DNA of 64,000 nt from positions 1,094-65,093 of the forward strand of contig JBHLNK010000004.1 in assembly GCA_048941625.1 (NCBI GenBank). The letters run 5' to 3'. The first letter of the stretch is position 1. Each line of letters begins with the position of its first letter. Both the position numbers and the translations under genes were made by a program. The notes beneath the pieces are model-generated. The model saw nothing but the letters and a program-made list of their open reading frames with translations. It searched no databases and was not told where the DNA came from. Source of the stretch: Promethearchaeota archaeon. Lineage in GTDB: Archaea; Asgardarchaeota; Lokiarchaeia; Sigyniarchaeales; SOKP01. Positions 46,030 to 56,585 of this stretch are shown here, in pieces.

Positions 46030-46986
46030 ATGTCAATTCAAGGAATAGAAGAAGCATTTCAAAGAATTAATGGTAAAGCCAATAAAACTCCTGTAATGAC
46101 TTCGAGGACATTGAATATACTCTATAAAACTCAAATTTTTTTTAAATGTGAGAATTTTCAAAGAGTTGGAGCTTTTAAATTCAGAGGAGCTTATAATGCT
46201 TTAAGTTTACTTAAAGATAAAGCGAAAAGGAATGGTGTAATTACACACTCAAGTGGTAATCATGCTCAAGCAATTGCCTTAGCAGCTTCATTATTAGGAA
46301 TCCAAGCAACTATAGTAATGCCAAAGGGAGCACCAGTAAATAAAGTCAATGCTACAAAAGGATATGGCGCAAAGGTTGTATTTTGTGATAATACACTTGA
46401 AGCAAGAATAAAACTTACTAATGAATTAATTCAAAAACATAAATATACCCTCATTCATCCATATGATAATGATGATATAATTAATGGGCAAGGAACAGCA
46501 GCTTATGAATTAATTAACGAAATTAATGGACTAGATATGCTCATTGCTCCACTTGGAGGAGGTGGCCTTTTAAGTGGGACTGCTCTTGCTACAAAAGGTT
46601 TATGTCCTGATGCAAAAGTTATTGGTGTAGAACCTTCATTAGCAGATGATGCTTTAAGATCACTTAAAGCAGGGTATATCATACCAAGTACTTACCCAGA
46701 CACCATTGCAGATGGTTTACGTACGTCTCTTTGTGAAAGAACTTATATTATAATTAGAGAATTTGTAGATGATGTAGTTACAGTATCAGAAAAAGAAATT
46801 CTAGATGCTTTGCGATTTTTATGGGAGAGAATGAAAATAATTGTTGAGCCCTCTGGAGCGGTATCCCTAGCAGCTCTAATGGCTAAAAAAATTGTTGTTG
46901 AAAATCAAAAAGTAGGTGTTATATTAAGCGGTGGGAATATAGATTTGGATCCCTTCTTTAAACTATTAGCGCAAAAAATTGAATAA
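46030..46986 (+). CDS. PLP-dependent serine/threonine dehydratase (or serine racemase-like), fold type II
   Basis: FKCENFQRVGAFKFRGAYNAL (PLP-Lys), HSSGNHAQA and GGGGLLSG. Confidence 0.8.
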   Translation: MSIQGIEEAFQRINGKANKTPVMTSRTLNILYKTQIFFKCENFQRVGAFKFRGAYNALSLLKDKAKRNGVITHSSGNHAQAIALAASLLGIQATIVMPKGAPVNKVNATKGYGAKVVFCDNTLEARIKLTNELIQKHKYTLIHPYDNDDIINGQGTAAYELINEINGLDMLIAPLGGGGLLSGTALATKGLCPDAKVIGVEPSLADDALRSLKAGYIIPSTYPDTIADGLRTSLCERTYIIIREFVDDVVTVSEKEILDALRFLWERMKIIVEPSGAVSLAALMAKKIVVENQKVGVILSGGNIDLDPFFKLLAQKIE

Positions 46987-46990
46987 ATAG

Positions 46991-47743
46991 TTATAGCTTT
47001 TTTTTAACTTCCTCTGTTAGGAATTCTACCATTTTTTCTATATAGATTTTACCATTTTTTTTGCTTGCTTTAGTAGGATCTCCAATTACACCAATTTCTG
47101 TCAGGGAAGGCATTCCCTTCTTAAAAAGCATGTCAACCTCTTCTTCTGATAAAACTCCAATGTATCCTGGTTGGAATCTTTCTTTCTTTACAAGTTTTTC
47201 AGCGAGTACTAGCATTTGGGATGTTTCTACTTCACCTGCATGAGCTCCTGCTTCTTCTTTTGTAATGTTTAACTCCTCAGCAATTTTATTTTGATAATTT
47301 ACAATTCTCATTAAATCTGTGTATGCATCTATTTTTATATTAGGGTAGTTATTTTGTATTTCATTAACTGCTTCCTTTATTGGATTAAAATTACCTCCAT
47401 GTGTAGGAATAAATATGATATTTTCAAACCCATGATTTTGAAGGCTCTTTATATAATCCTGGATTATAGCTTTTAATGTAGAATGTTTTAAAGTAATTGT
47501 CCCTGGAAATGCAATATGATGTTCGGAACAACCTACTTTTATTGTTTGAGCTTGCAAGGTATTTCCTAACTTCTTGGCTATTAAATTTATAAATATATCT
47601 GCAATTAAACCGTCTGTTTGAGTAGGTAAATGAGGTCCGTGTTGTTCAGTAGATCCTACTCCTATAATAACTGTTTTAAATCCCTTTTTTATTGCTTCTT
47701 GAATATCAACCCAATTCATTTCATCCATTCGAATTGTTTTCAT
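46991..47743 (-). CDS. creatininase-family amidohydrolase
   Basis: IIGVGSTEQHGPHLPTQTD and IPTHGGN. Confidence 0.75.
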   Translation of the reverse strand: MKTIRMDEMNWVDIQEAIKKGFKTVIIGVGSTEQHGPHLPTQTDGLIADIFINLIAKKLGNTLQAQTIKVGCSEHHIAFPGTITLKHSTLKAIIQDYIKSLQNHGFENIIFIPTHGGNFNPIKEAVNEIQNNYPNIKIDAYTDLMRIVNYQNKIAEELNITKEEAGAHAGEVETSQMLVLAEKLVKKERFQPGYIGVLSEEEVDMLFKKGMPSLTEIGVIGDPTKASKKNGKIYIEKMVEFLTEEVKKKL

Positions 47744-47826
47744 ATTAAATCACATTTTTTTAGTAAATTATGTATTTTATGATTTGTTTATATTCATTAA
47801 AAAAAAATCTCTAAGATTAATTATTT

Positions 47827-49107
47827 ATGGAAATAGAATCATCACTTTCAAAAATCTTTGAAGATATTGATATTTCTTGGATTGATAATACAAAAAATAT
47901 AAAGAACAGCCTTCAATTTCAAAAAATAATTTCCATCTTTCCCAACTTGGAATCAATTTTTCAAGATGGACTTCATACTAATCGAGAAGAATTCCACAGG
48001 ACAATAAAACACATATTTAGAGCTTTTAAAATTTATTTTCTCTTAAAAGAAGGGAATTTAATACATAAATCACTATCCCTCGAAACTATAAATCTAATTA
48101 GTAAGAGATTAAAAGACCAGGATTTAAAAAAAAGTCTACACCTTATTTTAATATTAATATATCATGATATTGGAAAGTTTTTTGATAGAAAAAATCACCC
48201 ACATCAAAGTTTTCTCCTAATATTAAATAATGAACTTCTCCAGCCATTTAGGCTTTTAGAAGAGGAAGAATTATTAATAAGTAAAGTTATTCAATATCAT
48301 TTGATATTTGCAACGATATATACAGGAGAATCCACTTTTTATGGGGTCTATTCTCTATTTAATGATTCAATGTTCGTTAAACTAATCTCTAATAAAGAAA
48401 ACATTGAAAAATTCTTGGATTTATTAGAAATATTCACTATTATCGATATTTTAGGCTATCCATATACTGAGATTTATGACCATTATTTAAAGTATTACAA
48501 TGAGATAAGAACAAAATTAAGAAATATTCTTGAATGTTGGCCGGATAAGGAGAAAGCTTTGATGGAAGCAAAAAAGTATTCTATAGATTGGTTAGAATGG
48601 AGGATAGCGGGTGCGCTAAGGATTTTTCAGTTTGTAGAGACAAAACCTCATTTAACTAAGGAATTTTACTTTGATAAACTAAAAGAAAGTGTTCAGAATT
48701 ATACTAATAAAGTAATAGGTTCTATGAACTGGGAATTAATAAGAGATCAATATTTGATCAATACTTATAAAATTCAGATGAAATATAGTCTAGCTTTATT
48801 GATGATCTTGGCATTTGGGAGTTTTCAGAGGATGGGATTAAAAATTAATGCCGGAATTTCGTACAAATTAATTTTATTTTGGACTCTTCTCTCTAGGGAA
48901 ATTAAAAACAGATCCAAAGAATCAGAATATTCACCTTGGAATGTTTTTTTAGAAGGAATGCCTCACTGGTCAAAAATAGATAAAGAATTCATAGAAAGGA
49001 TTAACGATGAAACGATTGAGAAGTCAATCCATAACTCTAAGCATGAGTTTAACATTGATAAAAAGGAATTTAATCTCTTTTTAGATTTTAGTAAAATCAT
49101 GGATTGA
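47827..49107 (+). CDS. HD-domain protein of unknown function
   Basis: H...LILILIYHDIGKF carries the HD motif. The rest was not recognised. Confidence 0.4.
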   Translation: MEIESSLSKIFEDIDISWIDNTKNIKNSLQFQKIISIFPNLESIFQDGLHTNREEFHRTIKHIFRAFKIYFLLKEGNLIHKSLSLETINLISKRLKDQDLKKSLHLILILIYHDIGKFFDRKNHPHQSFLLILNNELLQPFRLLEEEELLISKVIQYHLIFATIYTGESTFYGVYSLFNDSMFVKLISNKENIEKFLDLLEIFTIIDILGYPYTEIYDHYLKYYNEIRTKLRNILECWPDKEKALMEAKKYSIDWLEWRIAGALRIFQFVETKPHLTKEFYFDKLKESVQNYTNKVIGSMNWELIRDQYLINTYKIQMKYSLALLMILAFGSFQRMGLKINAGISYKLILFWTLLSREIKNRSKESEYSPWNVFLEGMPHWSKIDKEFIERINDETIEKSIHNSKHEFNIDKKEFNLFLDFSKIMD

Positions 49108-49112
49108 ATCAT

Positions 49113-50042
49113 CTATCCAAACCCTAAGATTATAACTAGAATCCACATTAGTATAAAAGATATAATAATTGTTAAATTCGAGACCATCCCTGCAACTCGT
49201 TCATCATAGGCAAATTCTACTGCAAATGGAATTATGGCTAACCCAATGGGTAAAATAAGTGCAATAGCTAATATTCCTCTATATAAAAGATTAAATGGTA
49301 AAAAGAAAAATAATAAGAGCCCTATTAATAATCCAAAAGAATATCGAATAATTAATACTAAAGAAACGTTCTTCCATTGTGATTTTTCGAACTTAAAATT
49401 AAGGAAAATACCTAATAATAGTAATGTTAAAGCCATATTCGCTCTTGATAAAATATCCAACAAATCTGATACAAAAAGTGGAAATTCCATATTAGCCAAA
49501 TTCAGGATAATTGCAATAATATAACTCATTAATGGAGCAGATTTTAAGAGTTTAAATCCTATACCTTTCACTAATTCCTTTTTATCTTTAAAATCATTTT
49601 TAGGTGAGTATATTAAACCTAGAATATAACATATTACGAATATCACTATTGCATTTCCAATGTCGAACATGGCAATATATTTCAGGCCCTCATCACTCCA
49701 TATTCCTTCAATTAATGGATATGCGAAATGGCCAACGTTAAATCCGATGACTGCCATTAATATCAATCCTTTTATATCTCTTGGATACTTTTTGAAGACA
49801 ATTAAGGCTAGAGTAATAATGGGAATGCAATAGACTAGTGAAATTACTGTAATTAATCCCAATGATGGTGTTATTTCAATAGAACTAATTACACTTAAAA
49901 TTAATGCAGGTAATGTGACATTAAAAACTACTTTAGCTATTGTTTTACCGTTTTCTTCTGAAATTATATTTAATTTTTTGAGAATAAAACCAATAGCTAT
50001 AATTGTAAGTGATAATAAGAAAATGTAATTTACATTAGTCAT
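49113..50042 (-). CDS. AEC-family (auxin efflux carrier-like) membrane transporter
   Basis: 309 aa, about 10 hydrophobic helices in two halves. The family assignment was made by eye. Confidence 0.45.
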   Translation of the reverse strand: MTNVNYIFLLSLTIIAIGFILKKLNIISEENGKTIAKVVFNVTLPALILSVISSIEITPSLGLITVISLVYCIPIITLALIVFKKYPRDIKGLILMAVIGFNVGHFAYPLIEGIWSDEGLKYIAMFDIGNAIVIFVICYILGLIYSPKNDFKDKKELVKGIGFKLLKSAPLMSYIIAIILNLANMEFPLFVSDLLDILSRANMALTLLLLGIFLNFKFEKSQWKNVSLVLIIRYSFGLLIGLLLFFFLPFNLLYRGILAIALILPIGLAIIPFAVEFAYDERVAGMVSNLTIIISFILMWILVIILGFG

Positions 50043-50087
50043 AATTTTACTTAAAATATTAAAAAATTTGAATTAAAAGTAGAAAAA

Positions 50088-51170
50088 TCATTTTATGACG
50101 TTTTCTTCAAACATCTTCTTGTTTATTTCAACTCCTAACCCTGGTTTCTCAAGTGCATTGATAAAACCTTTCTCAACTTTTATTGGCTCTTCAAGCATTT
50201 GGAATTGCTCAGGATAATAAGGAAATTCACAAAATTCACATCTCGAAGCCATTATGAAATGAAGGTTAGCAGCTAAAATATGACCATATCCAAAAATATG
50301 AGGAATGCAACGTACACCTTTAACTTCCGCTAAAGCATCAATTTTTTTAATTTCCATATAACTGCCACATCTTGTAACATCTGGTTGAATGATATCATAG
50401 CATTGCTTACTCAGTATATCTTCAAACCTAAAAATTCCCATGTCATTTTCTCCTCCTGCAATTGGAATTGGAGAAAGATCCCGCAATCTTGCCAGACCAT
50501 TAAGATTATCAGAAGGTAAAGGTTCTTCTAACCAAGTTAAATCATATTTATAACAGATTTCAGCAATCTTTAATGCATCAATTACAGAATTATAACCAGA
50601 ATTAACATCCACCATAATTTCAACTTCAGGAAAAGAATCTCGGACAGTCATTATAAGAGCTTCATCTTTTTTTATACCTTGTCCAATTCTCAACTTAACT
50701 GCATCAAATCCTCCTGCTTCTATTGCTGCCTGAACTGCACCTACAGCTGCCTTAGGTCTATAAACTCGAAAAAGTGAAGCATAAGCTCTTACTTTTTCTT
50801 TTCTACCTCCCAATATTTTATAAATTGGTTGCTTTATAGCTTTTCCAATAATATCCATTAAAGCTATCATCACTGCACTCGTTGCTTGTGGTATTCCAAA
50901 CATGATTCTATTGGTAGTATGATAAATTTCATTAAAAATCGCATCTGTCATGAAAGGGTCTTTATTGATTAACAATTTGCTAAGTGCATCATCAATAAAT
51001 TGCTTTTGAGCTAGATTAGATAAATTCCAATGAGATAATGCCCAACCTTCAATACCTTCATCAGTTATTATTTGAGTATACAATCCTGATGCTTTAAATC
51101 TTGGCATACTCCCAATTTTAATGGAGAAATCGAGTTGAACTAAATGAGTTTTGACATCCTTAATTAACAT
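50088..51170 (-). CDS. enolase-superfamily enzyme (mandelate racemase/muconate lactonizing family)
   Basis: KLRIG, MVDVNSGY, LEEPLP, IAGGEN and the IPHIFG pattern of metal and base residues. Confidence 0.75.
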   Translation of the reverse strand: MLIKDVKTHLVQLDFSIKIGSMPRFKASGLYTQIITDEGIEGWALSHWNLSNLAQKQFIDDALSKLLINKDPFMTDAIFNEIYHTTNRIMFGIPQATSAVMIALMDIIGKAIKQPIYKILGGRKEKVRAYASLFRVYRPKAAVGAVQAAIEAGGFDAVKLRIGQGIKKDEALIMTVRDSFPEVEIMVDVNSGYNSVIDALKIAEICYKYDLTWLEEPLPSDNLNGLARLRDLSPIPIAGGENDMGIFRFEDILSKQCYDIIQPDVTRCGSYMEIKKIDALAEVKGVRCIPHIFGYGHILAANLHFIMASRCEFCEFPYYPEQFQMLEEPIKVEKGFINALEKPGLGVEINKKMFEENVIK

Positions 51171-51324
51171 AATATTAGATTTGTAAATTTATCAAGTATT
51201 TTAAAATAACCCATTATCTTTTCATCATCAATATTATCAATTTTTTCTAGTTAAATATTTAGAATAAGAACAATTTTTATCTCTTGTATAAGGAATATTT
51301 ATTTCCTTTAGAATAAATCTTGGT

Positions 51325-52368
51325 TTGGTTTACGTGTCTGATATTTTTAATACAAAAGTGGAAAAGAATCCCCAAGAAGATTTATGTGTTGTTTACGTAA
51401 TGTTTTTTGATGAAAAAAAAGGACAAGTTCCTTTATTAATGTATCCTGATGATAGGCTTAGGAATGATAAAAGATATATGAGACCTATTAATTATCATCC
51501 CGTCTGGTTCTTAGAAACAGAAGATCTTGATCATATAGACTTAGAATATAAAGGTTATACTTTTTTCGGAAAAAAATTTCAAATAAAATCAGATAGACCA
51601 AAACGAAGAGCTGGATTAGAAGAAGATACTCCAGAAACAATAGTTATAATCGTATCTTTACCTAGTGAGATAGATATTTTTGGGGATGAACTTATCAAAC
51701 AATTAACTGAAGAATTAAGAGATAAGTTTGAGGATCAAATTTCTGAGGTAATAGAAAGTGAAATTGCCTCTGAAACCGTTATAAAAACCCCAAAAGTCCA
51801 AGAACGTATATCTAAAGGAACGAAAGTTAAAGTATTTATACGTGAATTAATAGATAAAACTATTAAAAAATATTTCTCAACAGCTATTAAGCAAAGATCC
51901 CAATCCCCATCTCTAAGAACTCAAAAAGCAATTTCATATTTTTCATTAAAAGGATTTGAATTTTCTCCTCTTAGTAATTTAAAGGGAGAAACTGATTTTA
52001 GTAATGTAGATATTTTTGATACAAAAAAAAAATGTGATGAAGACTTTGTACCAAAAACTATCCTTTCTGTAGTAAACATTAACTTTGTTGAAATTAGTCA
52101 GGAAATTGAAGTTATAGTCCAGAACACCACAGATAAGGAATTAAAGGATCTCACTGTAACCATTACTCATGTAAAAGAATTTTTTGAAAAAGAAATAATG
52201 AATCAAGATGTAGAAATTTGGTATCCGCATGAAGAACTCTTATTTGTTTCACCAACAGTTCCTCATATTAATGAATATTGTATAACTATTAGAAATAAAG
52301 ATGGTGAAGGGGAAGAAGAGAAAATTCTTAACCAAAGAATTGATTTAAATTCAATTAATAAAATTTAA
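51325..52368 (+). CDS. hypothetical protein with an N-terminal longin/uDENN-like region and a C-terminal beta-sandwich-like module
   Basis: CVVYVMFFDEKKGQVPLLMYP...YKGYTFFGKKFQIK...TIVIIVSLPSEIDIFGDELIKQL resembles the uDENN/longin pattern. The tail is IEVIVQNTTDKELKDLTVTITHVKEFFEK. Confidence 0.3.
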   Translation: MVYVSDIFNTKVEKNPQEDLCVVYVMFFDEKKGQVPLLMYPDDRLRNDKRYMRPINYHPVWFLETEDLDHIDLEYKGYTFFGKKFQIKSDRPKRRAGLEEDTPETIVIIVSLPSEIDIFGDELIKQLTEELRDKFEDQISEVIESEIASETVIKTPKVQERISKGTKVKVFIRELIDKTIKKYFSTAIKQRSQSPSLRTQKAISYFSLKGFEFSPLSNLKGETDFSNVDIFDTKKKCDEDFVPKTILSVVNINFVEISQEIEVIVQNTTDKELKDLTVTITHVKEFFEKEIMNQDVEIWYPHEELLFVSPTVPHINEYCITIRNKDGEGEEEKILNQRIDLNSINKI

Positions 52369-52386
52369 AAATAAAATGAAAAAATT

Positions 52387-52863
52387 ATGTCAGATGATCT
52401 AATTCAAGAAGAAGATATCATCATTAGGAATTACAGGACTTCTGATTATGAAGCAACCCTAGAAATTCTAAAAGAATTAAACGAAATGTTTGATATTGGT
52501 TTTAATGAAGATCAATGGAGAGAATCAAGTGGACTACGTCAATTTAAACCAAATTTAAAAAGAATTACGTTAATTGCTGAGTTAAAATCAACAGGACAAG
52601 TTGTGAGCATGGGAATGATCGAAGCAGTGAAAAATACTCTTGGACGGTATATTGGTTACTTAGATAATTGGGCAACCAAGAAGGAATATATCGGAAAAGG
52701 CGTAGGTAAACTTCTAGCCGATAAAGCTATCCAAATTTTAGAATCTTGGGGCACTGACTCAATTCGTATTAACCTTGCATATACAACAGACAAAAAACTA
52801 TTAGGTGTTTTTGCAAAAACAGGTTTCCATCCAATTATTACCGTTTTAGAAAAAAGATTTTAA
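52387..52863 (+). CDS. GNAT-family N-acetyltransferase
   Basis: YIGKGVGKLLADKAI (the acetyl-CoA Q/RxxGxG/A motif), at 158 aa. Confidence 0.75.
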   Translation: MSDDLIQEEDIIIRNYRTSDYEATLEILKELNEMFDIGFNEDQWRESSGLRQFKPNLKRITLIAELKSTGQVVSMGMIEAVKNTLGRYIGYLDNWATKKEYIGKGVGKLLADKAIQILESWGTDSIRINLAYTTDKKLLGVFAKTGFHPIITVLEKRF

Positions 52864-52942
52864 TAGTTCTATACTACTATATAAGAATATTTATTAAGAC
52901 CTTGTTTGATACTATTAACAATGAAAATAGCATTTAGTTGAA

Positions 52943-53920
52943 TTGTCTTTGGAAAATAAATCCTTTATTTCATTAGATGGAAACAAAGTATTATCTCATG
53001 TAAAAATATATGAAAGTGATTTCAATCACAAAATACATTTGATTCCAGTAATTCATATAGGAACAGCAGATTACTTCTTAAATATTGTAGAATATGTAGG
53101 AGAAATTCCTTGTATTTTTGAAAATCTAAAACTTGGAAGGAAAAATAGTGAATTTGATAAACCAATAAAGAATATTGATGATTTTATTGAATCTTATTCC
53201 AAAATCAGTGAAAAAAAATGGAGAGAATACGATTCTCTTATAAAAAAGTTTATCAGAAAATACATTAGTAAAGATATTAAGAAGTTACATAAAACAATTC
53301 GAAATTTAGTCAATGAATTAAATGGAAAATTAAAAACTATATATGAATTGTGCGAAAAAACAAATTTTGATTTATCTAACCTACTGATGATTCAACTTTA
53401 TTGGTGTGAGATCTTAAAACTAAAACACCAATTTGTTGTAATTGATTATGTAAATGATATCCCAAATCGTCGAAATTGGATCCATACTGATTTGAATTTT
53501 GAAAAATTGATGGATCAAGAAAATCTAAAAGAAATTATTAATCAATTTTTTAAAGATCCAACCCAGCAGCAAGTTATTGAAGCTCAAAAGCAAATGAAAT
53601 TAGTCCTGCTATCAATATTTCAATCGCTTCAATTTATAAAAACAGATGATATTTCCCAAAGAAGGAGAGAATTTGCTCGTATAATTATTGATGAAGTGGC
53701 AATACAATATAAAGCATTTGAGAATTTAAGCCCTAAACTTTTATTTAATGTAAGAAATGAGATGATTGCAAATGTTGTATTAGATCTCTTAGAAAATGAG
53801 GAGGAAATTATGATTTTTTATGGTGCTACTCATATGATTTTCATAGAAAAAATGCTATTGGATGCTGGATTTAAACCTAAAACAGAAAAATTATTTGAGA
53901 TTTTTAATACGAGGTGTTGA
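52943..53920 (+). CDS. TraB/GumN-like family protein (tentative)
   Basis: IHLIPVIHIGTADYF near the N-terminus and IMIFYGATHMIFIEKMLLDAGF near the C-terminus resemble the two conserved TraB/GumN blocks. Confidence 0.35.
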   Translation: MSLENKSFISLDGNKVLSHVKIYESDFNHKIHLIPVIHIGTADYFLNIVEYVGEIPCIFENLKLGRKNSEFDKPIKNIDDFIESYSKISEKKWREYDSLIKKFIRKYISKDIKKLHKTIRNLVNELNGKLKTIYELCEKTNFDLSNLLMIQLYWCEILKLKHQFVVIDYVNDIPNRRNWIHTDLNFEKLMDQENLKEIINQFFKDPTQQQVIEAQKQMKLVLLSIFQSLQFIKTDDISQRRREFARIIIDEVAIQYKAFENLSPKLLFNVRNEMIANVVLDLLENEEEIMIFYGATHMIFIEKMLLDAGFKPKTEKLFEIFNTRC

Positions 53921-54066
53921 TAAAGCATCACTTTTTAATATTTTTTCTTATATTCAAATTTAGTGGCAAAACCATTTCGATTATATGATCTCTATTCTAT
54001 TATAAATATAATCTACATTGAGGTTGTTTCCTTGAATAGAACAATTATACTACAAAATATTTTTTG

Positions 54067-55458
54067 TTATATTTTTTCAAATCGAGCTTGAAAGAATCTA
54101 AGATACTTTGGCTCATATACCATTTTTAAACCTCTTATAGAGTCACGCTTTTGATACAAACGAATTACACTATCTGCTGTATATTCCATATGTGTATTTG
54201 TATATACTCTTCTTGGAATTGTAAGTCGAACTAATTCTAATTTTGGAAATATATTTTCTCCTGTATCTTTATCCCTCCCCTTTGAGATAGCTCCTCTTTC
54301 CATAGATCTAACTGCTGAATCTTCATAAATTGCTGCTGCTAATGTTTGTGCTGGCCATTGTTCTCTTGGAAGATGAGAAAGAAATTTAGCGGCATCAAGA
54401 AAAACAGCATGACCACCAATTGGTTTTACTATAGGTACATTTGCATTAATTAGCATATCTCCTAAATAGCGAACTTGATTTACTCGGTATTTTAAGTAAT
54501 TATAATCCGTAGATTCTATTAAACCACGAGCTACAGCTTCCATATCACGTCCAGCCATTCCTCCATAAGTATGAAGCCCCTCATATACTACAACCATGTT
54601 TCGGCAATGTTCATAAATGTCTTCATCATTTGTAGCTAAAAATCCACCAATATTAACAAGGCAATCCTTTTTTGCACTGTATATACATCCATCCGAATAA
54701 CTCATCATTTCTCTCAGAATTTCTATAATAGGAGTATCTTCATAACCTTTTTCACGTTCTCTTATAAAAAAAGCATTCTCACTTGAACGAGTTGCGTCAA
54801 AAATAATCCGTAATTTGTAATCATTACAAAATTCACGTAATTCTCTTAAATTCTGCATAGAGACAGGCTGACCCCCTGCCATGTTAACATTCATTTCTAC
54901 ATTAACAAATGCGATTCTTTCAAGGCCAAACTCATCAATATAGTTTTGGAGTTTTTTTAAATCCATATTTCCTTTAAATGGATGCAAATTTTGTGAATCA
55001 TGGGCTTCATCTATTATAGAATCTACCATTTCCCCACCAGGAAGTTGTACATGCAATTTTGATGTAGTAAAATACATATTTCTAGGAACGAGTTGTCTTG
55101 GTTTAACAAGATAACTGTACATTAAATGTTCAGCACCCCGACCCTGATGAGTAGGGACCATATATTTATAACCTAAAACTTCATGTATTGCTTTTTCTAG
55201 GTTGTAGAAGTTACGCGCCCCCGCATATGCCTCATCTCCTAGCATTAATCCCGCCCATTGATTATCTGACATAGCAGATGTTCCAGAGTCAGTTAATAAA
55301 TCAATATAGACATCTTCCGATTTTAATAGAAATGTATTATAACCTGCTTCTTTGATTGCTTCAGTTCTTCTTTTTTGATCGGGCATTCCAACATGCTCAA
55401 TCATCTTTATCTTAAAAGGTTCAGGAGGACCATTCATTTTCAAATTCAAGTTATTCAA
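54067..55458 (-). CDS. tryptophanase / tyrosine phenol-lyase (beta-eliminating lyase family)
   Basis: EPFKIKMIEHV...RRTEAIKEAGYNTFLLKSEDVYIDLLTDSGTSAMSDNQWAGLMLGDEAYAG and SAKKD (PLP-Lys region). Confidence 0.85.
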   Translation of the reverse strand: MNNLNLKMNGPPEPFKIKMIEHVGMPDQKRRTEAIKEAGYNTFLLKSEDVYIDLLTDSGTSAMSDNQWAGLMLGDEAYAGARNFYNLEKAIHEVLGYKYMVPTHQGRGAEHLMYSYLVKPRQLVPRNMYFTTSKLHVQLPGGEMVDSIIDEAHDSQNLHPFKGNMDLKKLQNYIDEFGLERIAFVNVEMNVNMAGGQPVSMQNLRELREFCNDYKLRIIFDATRSSENAFFIREREKGYEDTPIIEILREMMSYSDGCIYSAKKDCLVNIGGFLATNDEDIYEHCRNMVVVYEGLHTYGGMAGRDMEAVARGLIESTDYNYLKYRVNQVRYLGDMLINANVPIVKPIGGHAVFLDAAKFLSHLPREQWPAQTLAAAIYEDSAVRSMERGAISKGRDKDTGENIFPKLELVRLTIPRRVYTNTHMEYTADSVIRLYQKRDSIRGLKMVYEPKYLRFFQARFEKI

Positions 55459-55628
55459 TTATTATACAATAATTGAAAAAATATTGAGACTTTGAAAAAC
55501 TTTTCGGAGAATCTTACCCATAGTTGTCCCATTAAAAAGGTACGCCCTTCAAAACTTTAGAAACCTAAATATTTAAGATCAGGTAAAACTATTTAACCTC
55601 AAAACAGAATTGTCTTAAAAAAATAGAA

Positions 55629-56468
55629 TTAAATATTGATTGTTATTTCCTCATCAAAGCTTGGTAGCAGAATTTCAATTTGAGGGAAATTCTTAGTCAT
55701 AAATTTTATAAAGGGATCTAAATTTTCTGTCCTGCTAATTGGGGGCATAAAATTATCCCAATGATGAGGAATTACAATTTTAGGATGCAAAACTTCAATC
55801 ATTTTTGCAGTCTTTTTTACCATATGTCTATTACTATTACCTGCATACGGGACAATGAAAATATCACATGGTTGGAATTTCTGTAGTTCTTCTTCATATT
55901 TATGCCATAAACTCCCAAATGAAACAATTTTAATGTTATTAAAGTAGACGCAAAAACCAAAAACATTTCCGGCTGGGAAACCTTTACCATAAGGTAAAAG
56001 AGATTTAGCTTGCTTTAGAAATTGCCATGAAAAAACTCTAGATAAAATTGTCTTTAAATCAAAATTGATGTGTTCAGATTTGATAAACTCTACTGTTACT
56101 TCTTCAGATATTTTAATTTTATCATAAAAATTACCTACTTTTATTTTATTTTTAGCTCTTTCTGAAAGGGTTTCCGTATGGCTTTCAATGATATTCCCTT
56201 CTGCCCAATTAATAATATTTTGTTTTGCTGTCTCTGAGCAATAAACAGGAACATCTAGATTCTCAGCAAACCATCCGGCATCACAAGAATGATCATAGTG
56301 ACCGTGTGAAACGAAGACAGCCGATATATTATCAATATCTTCTTTCTGGGTTGTTAATTTAGGTTCAGCAAAATCATTCCGAGAAAAGAAGGGATCAAAT
56401 AATAAGTTAGTGCCATTTAAAGATAAAATATATGAAGCAGTACCCATCCAAGTTATTTTTATTGTCAT
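55629..56468 (-). CDS. MBL-fold metallo-hydrolase
   Basis: VFVSHGHYDH (HxHxDH). Confidence 0.75.
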   Translation of the reverse strand: MTIKITWMGTASYILSLNGTNLLFDPFFSRNDFAEPKLTTQKEDIDNISAVFVSHGHYDHSCDAGWFAENLDVPVYCSETAKQNIINWAEGNIIESHTETLSERAKNKIKVGNFYDKIKISEEVTVEFIKSEHINFDLKTILSRVFSWQFLKQAKSLLPYGKGFPAGNVFGFCVYFNNIKIVSFGSLWHKYEEELQKFQPCDIFIVPYAGNSNRHMVKKTAKMIEVLHPKIVIPHHWDNFMPPISRTENLDPFIKFMTKNFPQIEILLPSFDEEITINI

Positions 56469-56585
56469 TGATGCAAGAATATAAGTAATTTTAATTAGTC
56501 TTCTCTTCTATTAAATAAAAATATATAAAATAATTTTTTTATTATTGATTTAAATTATTATCTAATTACCCTAAGATAAATTTAT

